NCBI GenBank assembly: GCA_947478395.1
Contig: CANJVR010000002.1
Location: 544,001 to 608,000 of the forward strand
From: Opitutia bacterium
GTDB lineage: Bacteria; Verrucomicrobiota; Verrucomicrobiia; Opitutales; Opitutaceae
Length of the DNA: 64,000 nt
Direction: 5' to 3'
Shown: in pieces, positions 48,477 to 59,557 of the stretch
Position numbering within the stretch: position 1 is the stretch's first letter
Layout of the letters: every line of letters begins with the position of its first letter
Made by a program: the position numbers and the translations under genes
The notes under the pieces: generated by a model
Told to the model about the DNA's origin: nothing
The model's input: only the letters and a program-made list of their open reading frames with translations
Database searches by the model: none

Positions 48477-49403
48477 ATGTCCCCCTTCACGTCACGCACC
48501 GCCGATTCCGTTTCCGCCCTCGGTGAGGAAAAGCTCGTCGGGGCCATCCGCCGTTGGCTGGGTTCTGCTTCTCCGGGGGCACCGTTTGGGATTGGAGACG
48601 ACTGCGCCGTCCTGCCCGCCGCCCGCGGCCGCCAACTCATCACGGTCGATCCCGTGATCTATGGCCGCCACTTCGACAATGATGTCGCGCCCCGGGCAGT
48701 CGGCGAAAAATTACTCAAGCGCAACCTGAGCGATCTCGCCGCGATGGGTGGGCGGCCCGCGACGGCCGTAATCGCGCTGACACTCGATGGGCGTACGAGT
48801 CTAGCCTGGCTGGAAAACTTTTATCGCGGCCTCGCCGCGTGTGCCCGCCGTTACCGCGTTGCGATCGTCGGTGGCGATATCGCCCAAGCCGACGGCATCG
48901 TCGCCGCCAGTCTAACTCTGCTGGGCCGCCCTTCCGGGCGCCGCATCGTGATGCGTACCGGTGCGCGCGCGGGGGATGCGCTCTACGTCACCGGCCTGCT
49001 CGGAGGCAGCCTGCGCTCAGGCCATCATTTCAAATTTACTCCGCGCCTGGACGAAGGGGCCTGGCTGGCGAATCGAACTGAGGTTCGCGCCATGATGGAT
49101 ATCAGCGATGGGCTCGCGAAGGATCTCCACGCCCTCACGCCGCGCGGGACGAAAGCCGCGCTCACCGCCACAGCACTGCCGATTCGACCGGGCAGCGATG
49201 TGCGCGCGGCCCTCACCGACGGCGAGGATTACGAACTGCTATTCGCCGTCGCGGCCGGGACGGATCACGCCGCCTTCACACGCGCATGGCGAAAAAAATT
49301 TCCGCGTACCCATCTGGCACGCATCGGAGATTTTGTCCGGAAGCTTCCGCCCGCAGCGCTCGATCTGCGCGAGTTTCATGGCTACGAGCATTTGAAGATG
49401 TAA
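48477..49403 (+). CDS. thiL: Thiamine-monophosphate kinase
   Basis: GIGDDCA, NLSDLAAMG, DISDGL, GEDYELLF. Confidence 0.92.
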   Translation: MSPFTSRTADSVSALGEEKLVGAIRRWLGSASPGAPFGIGDDCAVLPAARGRQLITVDPVIYGRHFDNDVAPRAVGEKLLKRNLSDLAAMGGRPATAVIALTLDGRTSLAWLENFYRGLAACARRYRVAIVGGDIAQADGIVAASLTLLGRPSGRRIVMRTGARAGDALYVTGLLGGSLRSGHHFKFTPRLDEGAWLANRTEVRAMMDISDGLAKDLHALTPRGTKAALTATALPIRPGSDVRAALTDGEDYELLFAVAAGTDHAAFTRAWRKKFPRTHLARIGDFVRKLPPAALDLREFHGYEHLKM

Positions 49404-49418
49404 GTGCGAAATTTAAAG

Positions 49419-49508
49419 GTAGGGCGCGCTATCATTCACGAGTCGCTGAGACTTCGACCACCTGGGCCTCGGCGCCAAACCATCGGGATGGGAATAACGC
49501 GGCCTAAC
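49419..49508. repeat. Degenerate REP doublet, family 1
   Basis: GTAGGGCGCGCTATC ... GGGAATAACGCGGCCTAAC, 90-bp span like the Snf2 copies. Confidence 0.55.
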
Positions 49509-49599
49509 TTCGAGCCGCTGCTTTATCGCCATCCTGATCAAGTTGCGCGGCGCCTGAATTCTTTTGCTCCGACAGCCTCTTTTTGCGGCCATCACGGTC

Positions 49600-50034
49600 G
49601 TGTCCATTTTCGATCAACTTCGCGCCGGTGTGTGCACTTCGTCGGCCAACGAGACGCAGGTCATTGCCGCCGCGTTCGCCGCGGCTTTACCCGCGGTCGC
49701 CACGCTCGCGTTGCACGGCGACCTGGGCGTGGGCAAGACGACGTTTGCGCAAGGGCTCGCCCGCGGCTTCGGCATCGCCGGGCACGTCACCAGCCCGACG
49801 TTTAATATTTATTCGGTCTACCGGGGCCCCACTCGCACGCTGGTCCACCTCGACGCGTACCGGCTGGAGTCCGCGGCGCAGATCGAAGCCTTGTTGGTGG
49901 AGGATTTCCTGAATCCGCCTTGGTGTCTGGCGATCGAATGGCCGGAGAAAATCGCGGACTGGCTCCCGTCGGACGCGCTGCATCTCGAATTCGGCATCGC
50001 CGCCGACGAGCGCCACACGCTGCGCCTGCGGTAG
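49600..50034 (+). CDS. tsaE: tRNA t6A biosynthesis ATPase TsaE
   Basis: GDLGVGKTT, SPTF, HLDAYRL, IEW. Confidence 0.93.
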   Translation: MSIFDQLRAGVCTSSANETQVIAAAFAAALPAVATLALHGDLGVGKTTFAQGLARGFGIAGHVTSPTFNIYSVYRGPTRTLVHLDAYRLESAAQIEALLVEDFLNPPWCLAIEWPEKIADWLPSDALHLEFGIAADERHTLRLR

Positions 50035-50159
50035 GGGGCGCTCGGCACGAGTGCGTGCGTAGGCCGTCCGCTCGAGGGCCCTCCGGCGCGCTCAAGCGAG
50101 CTGACCTAGCTCGAATCCGGCCGACTCGAGCGGATTGAATTTTTTCGCGGCCGTTTTGT

Positions 50160-50230
50160 GTAGCGGCAGGCGTCTCTGCCTGCCGGGCTTCGGCGTCGTC
50201 GTTTCGGCAGGCAGGGACGCCTGCCGCTAC
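50160..50230. repeat. REP doublet, family 2, best-conserved copy
   Basis: GTAGCGGCAGGCGTCTCTGCCTGCCG and its inverse, 25/26. Confidence 0.8.
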
Positions 50231-50263
50231 GTCTTTTGCGGCTACGCGTTTCGTTAAACCTTT

Positions 50264-51484
50264 CTACCGCTTCGCCCAGGATTCGCCTGAGCCGCTCTGC
50301 GGAAAACAAATCCGTCCCACCGCTTCGTCGAAGTCAGCCGCGCCCCGGATGATGTCGATTTCCAGCCGCAAATAATAAAGCGGCAGCGGACAGGTGTGGT
50401 TGTCCACGATCCGAACCGCATCTTTTTCCGTGGTGATGAGACACTCTGCCCCCGCGCGCTGGGCGGCCGCGAAGAGTTCACCGATGTCCTCTTCCTCGTA
50501 GCGATAGTGATCCATGAAACGCTCGCGTTCCATGATGAGTGCACCGAGGTCACGCAGAAATTTCTCGAAGCTTTCGGGCGTAGCGATCCCGCAAAACGCG
50601 AACACGCGCCGACCTTTCAACCACGCCAACGGTTCGCGGGCTCCCGGCGCGTCCGGCGCGACGCCGAATCGTTGCAGATACTGCGGACGGTGGGCGCACT
50701 CGATGATGTCGACCGACGGATTGTATTCGCGAATCGTCGCCTCGAGCTCGGTGTCGCGCTGGCCGTTCGACTTCGTTAGAAAAACGTAGCTCGCGCGCTT
50801 CAGATGTTTGATCGGCTCACGCAGTATGCCACGCGGCAGGAGGTGGCCGTTGCCGAACGGGTTGGTTTTGTCGATGAGCAGCAGATTAAGCCGGCCCTTG
50901 AGCGGCATGTACTGAAATCCGTCGTCGAGAATCAGGGTGTCGCACCCGAAGCGTTTGATCGCGTACGCGCCAGATTTGACGCGATTTTTGTCCACGAGCA
51001 CGACGACGCCGGGAAGGTTGCGCGCGAGCATGTACGGCTCGTCGCCCGCCTGCTCGCTGTCGAGGAGGACCTTCTCGCCGTCGCTCACCACGCGCGGCGG
51101 TGGCTCGGCGGTGTGAGTGAGTTGGAACCACCAGCGCTGCCAAAGCGGCGCGGTCTTGCTTTTGTAGCCACGACTAAGAATGGCGACCTTGCGTCCGCGA
51201 TCGCGCAGTGCCCGCGCAAATTTTTCCACGACCGGGGTCTTGCCCGTACCGCCGGCGGTGAGGTTGCCGACCACGACGACGAGACAGCCGAGCGGTTGAT
51301 CGCGCAAGATCCGGTGGCGATAAAGCCAGAGCTTTAACTGCGCCCCGCCGTTCCACAGCCAGGAGAGCGACTGCAAAAACGCGGCGTACAAACTCGCCCC
51401 GGCATCGGCGCGGCGGTCGAGCACGATGTCGACCGTGTAAAGTTCGAACGCCCGAAATTTTTTCTTCAGCCAGGAAAGCGCCAT
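50264..51484 (-). CDS. lpxK: Tetraacyldisaccharide 4'-kinase
   Basis: [34 protein letters not shown]. Confidence 0.93.
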   Translation of the reverse strand: MALSWLKKKFRAFELYTVDIVLDRRADAGASLYAAFLQSLSWLWNGGAQLKLWLYRHRILRDQPLGCLVVVVGNLTAGGTGKTPVVEKFARALRDRGRKVAILSRGYKSKTAPLWQRWWFQLTHTAEPPPRVVSDGEKVLLDSEQAGDEPYMLARNLPGVVVLVDKNRVKSGAYAIKRFGCDTLILDDGFQYMPLKGRLNLLLIDKTNPFGNGHLLPRGILREPIKHLKRASYVFLTKSNGQRDTELEATIREYNPSVDIIECAHRPQYLQRFGVAPDAPGAREPLAWLKGRRVFAFCGIATPESFEKFLRDLGALIMERERFMDHYRYEEEDIGELFAAAQRAGAECLITTEKDAVRIVDNHTCPLPLYYLRLEIDIIRGAADFDEAVGRICFPQSGSGESWAKR

Positions 51485-51556
51485 GAATAGGTGTCCGCGA
51501 TGAAGGTTGACGCGCTCCGCCGCGTAAACTGTTTTTCAGCCCTCACCGCGCTAACT

Positions 51557-52648
51557 ATGAGCTATAAACTTTTCATTCCCGGTCCTATCGCCGTCTCGGA
51601 AAAAACGCTTCGCGCCATGGCCCAGCCCATGATCGGCCACCGCAGCACCGACTTCGTCGCACTCTACAACTCGATCCAGCCCGATTTGCAGGCCCTCGCT
51701 TCCACGAAGGATCCCGTTTATATTTCGACCAGCTCGGCCTGGGGCGTGATGGAAGGCGCCCTGCGCAACGTCACCCAAAAGAAGGTGTTGAACTGCATGA
51801 ACGGCGCGTTCTCGGACAAGTGGAACGACGTCGCTCTCCGTTGCGGTAAACCGGCCACCGCGCTCAAGTTCGACTGGGGCCAGCCCATCGATCCCGAGGC
51901 CATCCGCCGCGAACTCGCCACGGGCGCCTACGATTCAATCACGCTGATCCACAACGAAACCTCCTGCGGTTGCATGAGCGATCTGCCGGCGATCATGGCG
52001 GTGCTGCGCGAGTTCCCCGACGTGATCTCAATCGTGGACACCGTCAGCTCGTTCAGCGGCATGCCGATTAAGAAGGATGAACTCGGCATCGACATCCTCA
52101 TCACCGGTTCCCAAAAGGCGCTCGCGCTCCCGCCTGGCCTCTCCCTCATCTCGGCGTCGAAACGCGCGCTCGACCGCGCCGCCAAATCGCCCGAACGCGG
52201 TTACTATTTCGACCTGATCGAGTTTCAGAAAAATCATGAAAACGGCATGACGCCCAGCACGCCAGTCATCCCGCTGATTTACGCGCTCAAATCGAAACTC
52301 GAAGACATCAAGGCCGAGGGCTACGAAACGCGCTACGCCCGCCACGCGCGATTGAACAAAACCGTGCGCGACTTCATTTTCTCAAAAGGTTTCACGCTGT
52401 TTCCGAAGGAAGGCTACGGTTCGGTCACGCTGAACTGTTTCGCCAACACGCAAAACATCGACCTCGGCGCGCTGAACAAAATCCTGAAGTCGAAGCACAA
52501 GCTCGTGATCGATGGCGGCTACGGCAAACTCAAGGGCAAGACCTTCCGTATTTCGAACATGGGCGACGAAACCGACGAGACGATCGCATCGCTCATCAAA
52601 TCGCTCGACGCCGCCCTTGCTGAGACCCCGAAGGCTGTGGCGGTCTGA
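51557..52648 (+). CDS. Class V aminotransferase (alanine/serine-glyoxylate type)
   Basis: IPGP, GHRS, HNETS, GSQKAL..PPGL. Confidence 0.85.
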   Translation: MSYKLFIPGPIAVSEKTLRAMAQPMIGHRSTDFVALYNSIQPDLQALASTKDPVYISTSSAWGVMEGALRNVTQKKVLNCMNGAFSDKWNDVALRCGKPATALKFDWGQPIDPEAIRRELATGAYDSITLIHNETSCGCMSDLPAIMAVLREFPDVISIVDTVSSFSGMPIKKDELGIDILITGSQKALALPPGLSLISASKRALDRAAKSPERGYYFDLIEFQKNHENGMTPSTPVIPLIYALKSKLEDIKAEGYETRYARHARLNKTVRDFIFSKGFTLFPKEGYGSVTLNCFANTQNIDLGALNKILKSKHKLVIDGGYGKLKGKTFRISNMGDETDETIASLIKSLDAALAETPKAVAV

Positions 52649-52997
52649 TATGCACCGGGCGCGAGGGCGCCGCAAAACGCCGCCTCGTTCTGGCAGAGCA
52701 CCAAGGCCGCCGTCGCCGCGGCCTTGGTTAGTCACTTATCTGCCGTTGGCGCCAGCGCCGGAGCACCAGACCAAATCTCCCCGCTCCTTCGCGACCAACT
52801 CTAAAGTGCGGGTCATGGGCGACAGGCAATTGCTCGCGCTTTCCCGGATCGCCCGGTCGCTTTGATCCGTCCGCCCTGGCATCAAACGTTGGTATTTTTC
52901 AACCCGCCGGACGGCGCAAAGAAGCACGAGACGCCGCACTCGCTGAAAACAATTTCTTGCACTTCGTCGCGACGCAGCTAACGGCTCGCGTCAATAA

Positions 52998-55796
52998 ATG
53001 AAGACTCTGATCATCGCCGAGAAGCCGTCCGTCGCGGCGGATTTGGCCAAGGCGCTCGGGAAAATTCCAAAATCCGGCGATCATTATGAGAATGATGAGT
53101 ATGTGATCTCCTCCGCGGTCGGTCACCTCGTGGAACTCGAGATGCCCGAGGATATCGACAAGAAAAAATACGGTTTCTGGCGCCTGGAAATGCTCCCGAT
53201 CGTTCCGGAAAAATTTGGCCTCAAACCGATCGAGGCCTCCAAGGAACGCTTCAGTCATCTCAAAAAGCTCCTCGCCCGCAAAGACATCGATCTGCTCATC
53301 AACGCCTGCGACGCCGGCCGCGAAGGCGAATTGATCTTCACGTACATCTACCAGCTCACAAAGAGCAAAATCCCGTTTAAGCGCGCGTGGATGCAGACGA
53401 TGACCACGGGCGGCATCGAGACGGCCTTCAAGAATCTACGCGGTGCGTCGGAAATGGCCGGCCTCGCCGACGCCGCGCGCTGTCGCAGCGAAAGCGACTG
53501 GCTCATCGGTATCAACGGCACGCGCGCTCTCACCAAGCGTATGTTCGGCTCCCGCGCCGGCAACGTCGCCTCCGTCGGCCGTGTGCAAACCCCCACCCTC
53601 GCCATCATCTTCGCGCGCGAACTCGAAATCCGTAATTTCAAACCTCGCGCATTCTGGCGCGTGACCGCCCAATTCACGATCGCGAAGGGCAGCTACGAAG
53701 GCGTTTACCAGCGCGCCAATTTCAAAAAGTCCGCCGATGACGAACACGACCGCATCGACCGCATTTGGGAACAGGCGCTGGGCGAGGCCGTCCTCGCCGC
53801 CTGTCAGGGCCAGCCATTGGCACGTGTCACCGACGAAAAAAAATCGGCCACGCAAACCGCGCCTCGCCTTTACGATCTGACCACGCTCCAGCGCGAGGCC
53901 AACGGCCGCTTCGGTCTGCCGGCGCGTCGCACGCTCCAAGTGGCGCAGGCCCTCTACGAGCGCCACAAGGTCATCACTTATCCCCGCACCGATTCGCGCG
54001 CGCTGCCCGAGGACTACATTCCCACCTGCCGCGAGACGCTCGGCAACCTGCAGGGCGATCTCGGCAAGCACGCCGCGCACGTCCTGGAGGCCGGCTGGCT
54101 GCGGCCCAACAAGCGCATCTTTAATAATGCTCAGATCTCGGATCACTTCGCGATCATTCCGACCACCACCGAGCCCAAGAATCTCGATGAGATGGAGGCC
54201 AAGGTCTACGATATGATCGCCCGGCGTTTCGTCGCCACGTTTTATCCATCGGCCGAGTTCGACGTGACCACGCGGACCAGCACCGTTGCGCCCGGTCACG
54301 ACTTCAAAACCGAGGGTAAAGTCCTTACGGCCCCCGGCTGGCTCGCGGTCTACGGCAAGAATACCGTCGACGACGATTCGCCCGATTCCAAAGCGCTGCC
54401 CGCGCTCACCGCCGAGGATAAGGCCAAAGCCCCGACGACCGACGCCAAGCTCCACGCCGAATTCACGAAGCCGCCGCCACGCTACACCGAGGCAACGCTG
54501 CTCTCCGCCATGGAAGGCGCGGGCAAACTGGTCGACGACGAAGACATGGCCGAAGCCATGAAAGAGCGCGGGCTCGGCACCCCCGCGACGCGCGCCGACA
54601 CGGTCGAAGGTCTCATCAATCAAAAATACATGGAGCGCGCTCAACGCGAACTCGTGCCGACGCCCAAGGCGGAGTCCCTCCTGCAGTTTCTCACAGCGGT
54701 CAAAGCCGATGCCCTCACGAAACCCGACATGACCGGCGAGTGGGAACAGAAACTCCGCCTCATGGAGCAGGGAAAATTTCCGCGCGACAAATTCATGGCC
54801 GAGATCGTCGAGGTGACCAAAGGCATCGTCGATCGCACGAAGACGTTCGAGGAGGACGATTCCGCTGCGCGCGTGACGGATATCATTTCGCCGACCGACG
54901 GCAAACCGATGCTCGAAACCCTCCGCGGCTACAAATCGCAGGACGCGATCCTGATGGTGTACAAAGTTGTCACCGGTCGAAAGCTGGAGGAGGCCGAGGT
55001 TAAACAGCTCGTCACAAACGGTGAAATCGGACCGCTCGACGGCTTCGTCTCCCCGCGTACGGGCAATCGTTTCCCGGCGAAACTCGTGCTGGCCGACGAT
55101 CCCAAGCACGAAGGCAAACGCCGCGTCGACCTCGATTTTGGCAACAAGTTCGTGCTCTCCGAGCTCACGGCGTTCTGGACTGACCCCAAGACTGGCGCGG
55201 AACTCTGCGAAGCGCCGACCAGCTACGTGCTCCGCGAAAAGAACGGCGATGTTTACGAACAGACCTTCAGCGTGGGCCGACTCATGTGCCAAAAGCCGAT
55301 CACCCGCGAAATCGCCATCCAGCTCGTTTCACAGTCGAAGACAGATCTTATTCAGAGCTTCATTTCGAAAAAGGGCCGCCCCTTCGACGCGTTCCTTGTT
55401 CGCTCCGGCGCAAAATTTTCCTGGGAGTTCCCGCCGCGCAAACCGCGCGTCGGCAAAGACGGCAAAACCATCGAACGGAAAGCCAAGGTGCCGGTCGATT
55501 TCTCGAAGGCGCAAAAACTCATCGAGAGCAAACTTCACGACGGACAGCTCTGGCTGACGGCGGATGCATTTCTCGTCACGAAGCCGCAGGCGGACGGCAG
55601 TCTGCGCCCGGTGTTCGAGGTGAAGCGCGTCCTTTGTCAGAAGGAGCTGCCCGTCGAGGAAATCGAGCGGCTCGTGACCGACGGTCGCACCGGACTGATC
55701 GATGATCTCGTTTCGAAACGCGGTTCGACCTTCAGCGCTTATCTTGTGCTTTCGAAAGACAAGAAAAAGGCCGAATTCGAATTTCCGCCGCGGTAA
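52998..55796 (+). CDS. topB: DNA topoisomerase III with C-terminal repeats
   Basis: IAEKPS, DAGREGE, GRVQTP, TYPRTD, GLGTPATRA; repeated F.SK.G..F.A.L units. Confidence 0.9.
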   Translation: MKTLIIAEKPSVAADLAKALGKIPKSGDHYENDEYVISSAVGHLVELEMPEDIDKKKYGFWRLEMLPIVPEKFGLKPIEASKERFSHLKKLLARKDIDLLINACDAGREGELIFTYIYQLTKSKIPFKRAWMQTMTTGGIETAFKNLRGASEMAGLADAARCRSESDWLIGINGTRALTKRMFGSRAGNVASVGRVQTPTLAIIFARELEIRNFKPRAFWRVTAQFTIAKGSYEGVYQRANFKKSADDEHDRIDRIWEQALGEAVLAACQGQPLARVTDEKKSATQTAPRLYDLTTLQREANGRFGLPARRTLQVAQALYERHKVITYPRTDSRALPEDYIPTCRETLGNLQGDLGKHAAHVLEAGWLRPNKRIFNNAQISDHFAIIPTTTEPKNLDEMEAKVYDMIARRFVATFYPSAEFDVTTRTSTVAPGHDFKTEGKVLTAPGWLAVYGKNTVDDDSPDSKALPALTAEDKAKAPTTDAKLHAEFTKPPPRYTEATLLSAMEGAGKLVDDEDMAEAMKERGLGTPATRADTVEGLINQKYMERAQRELVPTPKAESLLQFLTAVKADALTKPDMTGEWEQKLRLMEQGKFPRDKFMAEIVEVTKGIVDRTKTFEEDDSAARVTDIISPTDGKPMLETLRGYKSQDAILMVYKVVTGRKLEEAEVKQLVTNGEIGPLDGFVSPRTGNRFPAKLVLADDPKHEGKRRVDLDFGNKFVLSELTAFWTDPKTGAELCEAPTSYVLREKNGDVYEQTFSVGRLMCQKPITREIAIQLVSQSKTDLIQSFISKKGRPFDAFLVRSGAKFSWEFPPRKPRVGKDGKTIERKAKVPVDFSKAQKLIESKLHDGQLWLTADAFLVTKPQADGSLRPVFEVKRVLCQKELPVEEIERLVTDGRTGLIDDLVSKRGSTFSAYLVLSKDKKKAEFEFPPR

Positions 55797-55859
55797 GTTC
55801 GCGTGGGAATACCCAGCCCTCTGGTGGGCCCTTCCTGTTCAGCGTGAGTCGGTCGACCC

Positions 55860-55895
55860 GACCTTTGGCCGGGTTCCGAAAACCCGCCAAAGGTC
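55860..55895. repeat. Long stem-loop downstream of topB
   Basis: GACCTTTGGC(C)GGGTT / AACCCGCCAAAGGTC. Confidence 0.55.
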
Positions 55896-56099
55896 CGTTC
55901 TATACCGACGATGAACTAACGCGTCCGAGTGAGGCCTCGCGCACCCGGAGTCGAAAACCGCTGGCCCAGCTATCCCGCCACAGCGAACTCACCGTTTCAG
56001 AGGCCCTCGTACATTTCCGTCCGTCAGGCACAGAATCCGCTTGTCGGTGCAATCCGCAGCTAACTACCGTCCCTCGCTCTCTCAACGCCTCCTGTTACC

Positions 56100-57050
56100 A
56101 TGATCGTCACGACCGCGCAGCTCTTCAAACACGCCTACGGCAAATACGCCATCGGCGCCTACAACATCAATAACGCCGAGCAGGCGATGGGCCTCTTTAA
56201 AGGCGCCATCGATTCCAAGGCTCCGTTTATCATCCAAATCTCGAAGGGCGCGCGGAAATACACCGACAAGCGCATGCTCGAGGCCATCATTCGCTCGGCG
56301 GGAGAGATTTTCCCCGAAGCCATTTTCGCCGTCCACCTCGATCACGGCGACGAACAGACCTGCTACGAATGCATCGATTCCGGCTTTTTTAGCTCCGTCA
56401 TGATCGACGCCTCCCACGATCCGTTCGATGAGAACGTCGCGATCACCAAGCGCGTCGTGGAGAAGGCGCACGCGAAGGGCATTTCCGTCGAGGCCGAACT
56501 CGGTATGCTCGGCGGCGTCGAGGAAGATATCAAAGTCGAGGAAGGTAACGCCTGCCTCACCGACCCGCTCGAGGCCGAGGATTTCGTGAAGAAGACCGGC
56601 TGCGACTCACTGGCCTGCGCCATCGGCACGAGCCACGGCGCCTTCAAATTCAAGGGTAAACAGTCCCTCCACTTCGACGTGCTCGAGAAAATCAAGGCGC
56701 GGCTGCCCGGCTTCCCACTCGTCATGCACGGCTCCTCCTCGGTACCGCAGGACGAAGTCGCCCGCATCAACGCCGCCGGCGGTAAAATCGCCGGCTCGAT
56801 GGGCGTCGACGTCAACGAATACCTTCCCGCCGCCACGCGCGGTGTGACCAAGGTCAACATCGACACCGACGGTCGCCTCGTGTGGACCCGCGTCCACCGC
56901 GAGTATTTCCGCGATAAGCCCGGCGATTTCGATTTCCGTCCGCCCGGCAAAATCTTCATCGAGGAATACGCGAAGTTTATCGCGAGTCGCAACGTCCTCC
57001 TCGGCAGCGCGGGCCAGCTCGACGATCTCAGGAAGAGCCTCGGGAAGTAA
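56100..57050 (+). CDS. fba: Class II fructose-bisphosphate aldolase
   Basis: VHLDHG, SVMIDAS, VEAELG, IGTSHG, VMHGSS. Confidence 0.93.
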   Translation: MIVTTAQLFKHAYGKYAIGAYNINNAEQAMGLFKGAIDSKAPFIIQISKGARKYTDKRMLEAIIRSAGEIFPEAIFAVHLDHGDEQTCYECIDSGFFSSVMIDASHDPFDENVAITKRVVEKAHAKGISVEAELGMLGGVEEDIKVEEGNACLTDPLEAEDFVKKTGCDSLACAIGTSHGAFKFKGKQSLHFDVLEKIKARLPGFPLVMHGSSSVPQDEVARINAAGGKIAGSMGVDVNEYLPAATRGVTKVNIDTDGRLVWTRVHREYFRDKPGDFDFRPPGKIFIEEYAKFIASRNVLLGSAGQLDDLRKSLGK

Positions 57051-57146
57051 TTTATACTGGAGCAGCGCGGTGCTTCGGCCCGCGTCGTGCCTCTCAGCGC
57101 GCGGACTAAGGCGGTTTAACCAAATACTTAGTCGCTAACGAAATTT

Positions 57147-57212
57147 CGGCAGGCGTCGCTACCTGCCGAAACGAAGACCCCGAACCCGGCAGACAAAGAC
57201 GCCTGCCGCTAC
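57147..57212. repeat. REP doublet, family 2 (opposite orientation)
   Basis: CGGCAGGCGTC...GACGCCTGCCGCTAC; spacer is reverse-complement homologue of the 50160 copy. Confidence 0.7.
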
Positions 57213-57261
57213 CTTCAACGACCACGGAAAAAGTTAAACCGCTCTCAAGCCTCGTGCCGCC

Positions 57262-58311
57262 ATGTCCCCGCGTTACCCCGCCGCCGATCTGATCGCGTTC
57301 GCCACCGCCCTGCTGGAAAAAAGCGGCCTCGATGCCGACAAAGCGCAGACGGTCGCGGGGATTTTGGTCGAGGGCGATTTACTCGGACACCAGACGCATG
57401 GCTTGCAACTGCTGCCCGGTTATCTCGGCGAACTCGCAAAAGGGGCGATGACGAAAACCGGCGAACCCCGCGTGCTCGCCGATTTCCCCGCGGCCGTCAC
57501 CTGGGATGGCCAGCGACTCCCCGGGCCGTGGCTCACCGTGCGTGCGCTCGACCTCGCGATGGCCCGGGCGAAAATTAACGGCACCTGCACGGTGGTGATT
57601 CGGCGCAGTCATCACATTGCCTGCCTCGCCGCGTACCTTAAGCGCGTCGCGGACCTCGGCTTTCTCGTAATCCTCACCTGCTCCGATCCGGCCCTGAGCA
57701 GCGTCGCTCCGTACGGCGGGCGGCGCAGCGTTTACACACCGAACCCGCTCGCGGCCGCCTGGCCGACGGGTGACGGCGATCCCGTGATCCTCGATGTTTC
57801 AATGTCGGTCACGACGAACGGACTCAGCAACCGGCTATTCAAGGAGGGCAAAAAATTTCCCGGTCCTTGGGCGGTCGATGCGGCCGGCCGCGTTTCCGAC
57901 GATCCCGCGGTTTTATTTTCCACGCCGCCAGGAACGCTCCTGCCGATCGGCGGCGCCGACCACGGACACAAGGGCTATGCGCTCGGACTGCTCGTCGAAA
58001 CCATGACCAGCGCGCTCGCGGGTTTTGGCCGCGCCGACCCGCCTGAAGGTTGGGGCGCCGCCGTGTGCGTGCAGGTTTTCGACCCTCGGCTCTTCGGCGG
58101 GGAAGCTGATTTTCAGCGGCAAACGGCTGCGCTCGCCGAGCGTTGTCGCTCCACGCCTCCGCGCGAGGGATTCGAGCGCGTGCGCTTGCCGGGCGAATCG
58201 GGTCTACGGCGCCGCGCGACGCAGCTCGCGCAGGGAGTGGAACTCTATCCCACAATCATGCCCGGCCTCGCTCCGTGGGCGGAAAAACTCAGTGTACCGT
58301 TTCCCGCGTAA
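57262..58311 (+). CDS. Ldh_2 family oxidoreductase (malate/L-lactate/ureidoglycolate type)
   Basis: GHQTHG, SHH, NPLA, GHKGYAL, RLPGE. Confidence 0.85.
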   Translation: MSPRYPAADLIAFATALLEKSGLDADKAQTVAGILVEGDLLGHQTHGLQLLPGYLGELAKGAMTKTGEPRVLADFPAAVTWDGQRLPGPWLTVRALDLAMARAKINGTCTVVIRRSHHIACLAAYLKRVADLGFLVILTCSDPALSSVAPYGGRRSVYTPNPLAAAWPTGDGDPVILDVSMSVTTNGLSNRLFKEGKKFPGPWAVDAAGRVSDDPAVLFSTPPGTLLPIGGADHGHKGYALGLLVETMTSALAGFGRADPPEGWGAAVCVQVFDPRLFGGEADFQRQTAALAERCRSTPPREGFERVRLPGESGLRRRATQLAQGVELYPTIMPGLAPWAEKLSVPFPA

Positions 58312-58391
58312 TAACGCGAAAACAGGGCCCATGATCAATCATCCGCCGCTGCGACTTCCGAGCGGTCTAAGTTTTTTCGCCGCCGCATGGT

Positions 58392-58455
58392 GTAGCGGCG
58401 GGCGTCTCGGCCCGCCGGGTTCGGCGTCCTCGTCGCCGGCCACGCCTTTGCTTAA
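58392..58455. repeat. REP doublet, family 2, right arm degraded
   Basis: GTAGCGGCGGGCGTCTCGGCCCGCCG plus homologous spacer. Confidence 0.6.
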
Positions 58456-58531
58456 ATCGGTCTAGCCACTGCGCGCGCGGCATCCAGCCGGCGCGTTAAA
58501 CTTAACGCGGCCTGCCCTTTTCGAAATCCCT

Positions 58532-59365
58532 TTACGGTAACCAGGGAAATTTCCGGGCCTCAGGCTTTCGCTTCTCGCGCTGCGCGGAGTGAAACTCCTT
58601 CGCCTCCTCGCTCATATAATAAAGTAGCGTCGCGTTACCGGCGAGTTCTTGGATACCGGACTGGCCATCGAGCTCGGCGTTGAACGCGCTTTTGAGGCAG
58701 CGAATCGCAAGTGGACTGTGTTGCAGAATCTGTTGCGCCCATTTGACGCCCTCGTTTTCGAGTTCGGCCACGGGCACCACGGTGTTGACCAAGCCCATTT
58801 CCAATGCCTCGGCTGCGCTGTATTGGCGGCAGAGAAACCAGATCTCTCGGGCTTTCTTTTGTCCGACGATCCGCGCCAGATAACTCGAACCGAATCCGCC
58901 GTCGAAGCTGCCCATTTTGGGGCCAACCTGCCCGAAAATGCCATTGTCGGCCGCGATGGTCAGATCGCAAACCAGGTGCAGCACGTGCCCGCCGCCGATC
59001 GCGTAGCCGGCGACGAGGGCAATCACGACCTTCGGCATCGAGCGGATCAGTTTCTGCAGATCGAGCACGTTGAGCCGGGGTACGCCATCGCCCCCCACAT
59101 ACCCCGCGTGACCACGGACGCTTTGGTCGCCGCCGGCGCAGAAGGCGAATTTCCCGTCGGTGTGCGGACCCGCGCCTGTGAGCAAAACCACGCCCACGCT
59201 CGGATCCTCGCGCGCGTCGATGAACGCGTCGTGCATCTCCATGATCGTCTCCGGGCGAAAGGCGTTCCGCTTGGCGGGCCGGTTGATCGTCACCTTCGCG
59301 ATGCCGTCGGCTTTGTGATAAAGGATGTCCTTGTAGGTCTTCGCGACCTTCCAGTCTAAACTCAT
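58532..59365 (-). CDS. menB: 1,4-dihydroxy-2-naphthoyl-CoA synthase
   Basis: RNAFRP, FCAGGDQ, RLNVL, GSFDGG. Confidence 0.93.
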   Translation of the reverse strand: MSLDWKVAKTYKDILYHKADGIAKVTINRPAKRNAFRPETIMEMHDAFIDAREDPSVGVVLLTGAGPHTDGKFAFCAGGDQSVRGHAGYVGGDGVPRLNVLDLQKLIRSMPKVVIALVAGYAIGGGHVLHLVCDLTIAADNGIFGQVGPKMGSFDGGFGSSYLARIVGQKKAREIWFLCRQYSAAEALEMGLVNTVVPVAELENEGVKWAQQILQHSPLAIRCLKSAFNAELDGQSGIQELAGNATLLYYMSEEAKEFHSAQREKRKPEARKFPWLP

Positions 59366-59490
59366 CGCGCGAAAGTACGTGCCGCCGTCGTTTTGTCGAG
59401 GGCGACCGATTGAACACTCACGTCTCCTCGCGCTTTCATCGCGGCGAACCAAGTCGGCGCGATTTATTTTTTCCGCGGCGGTCTCATAGG

Positions 59491-59557
59491 GCGGCCGGGC
59501 GTCCCGGCCCGCCGGGATTGGCGTCCCCATTTTGGCCGCAGGGACGCCTGCCGCTAC
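59491..59557. repeat. REP doublet, family 2, degenerate
   Basis: GCGGCCGGGCGTCCCGGCCCGCCG ... GCAGGGACGCCTGCCGCTAC. Confidence 0.6.
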
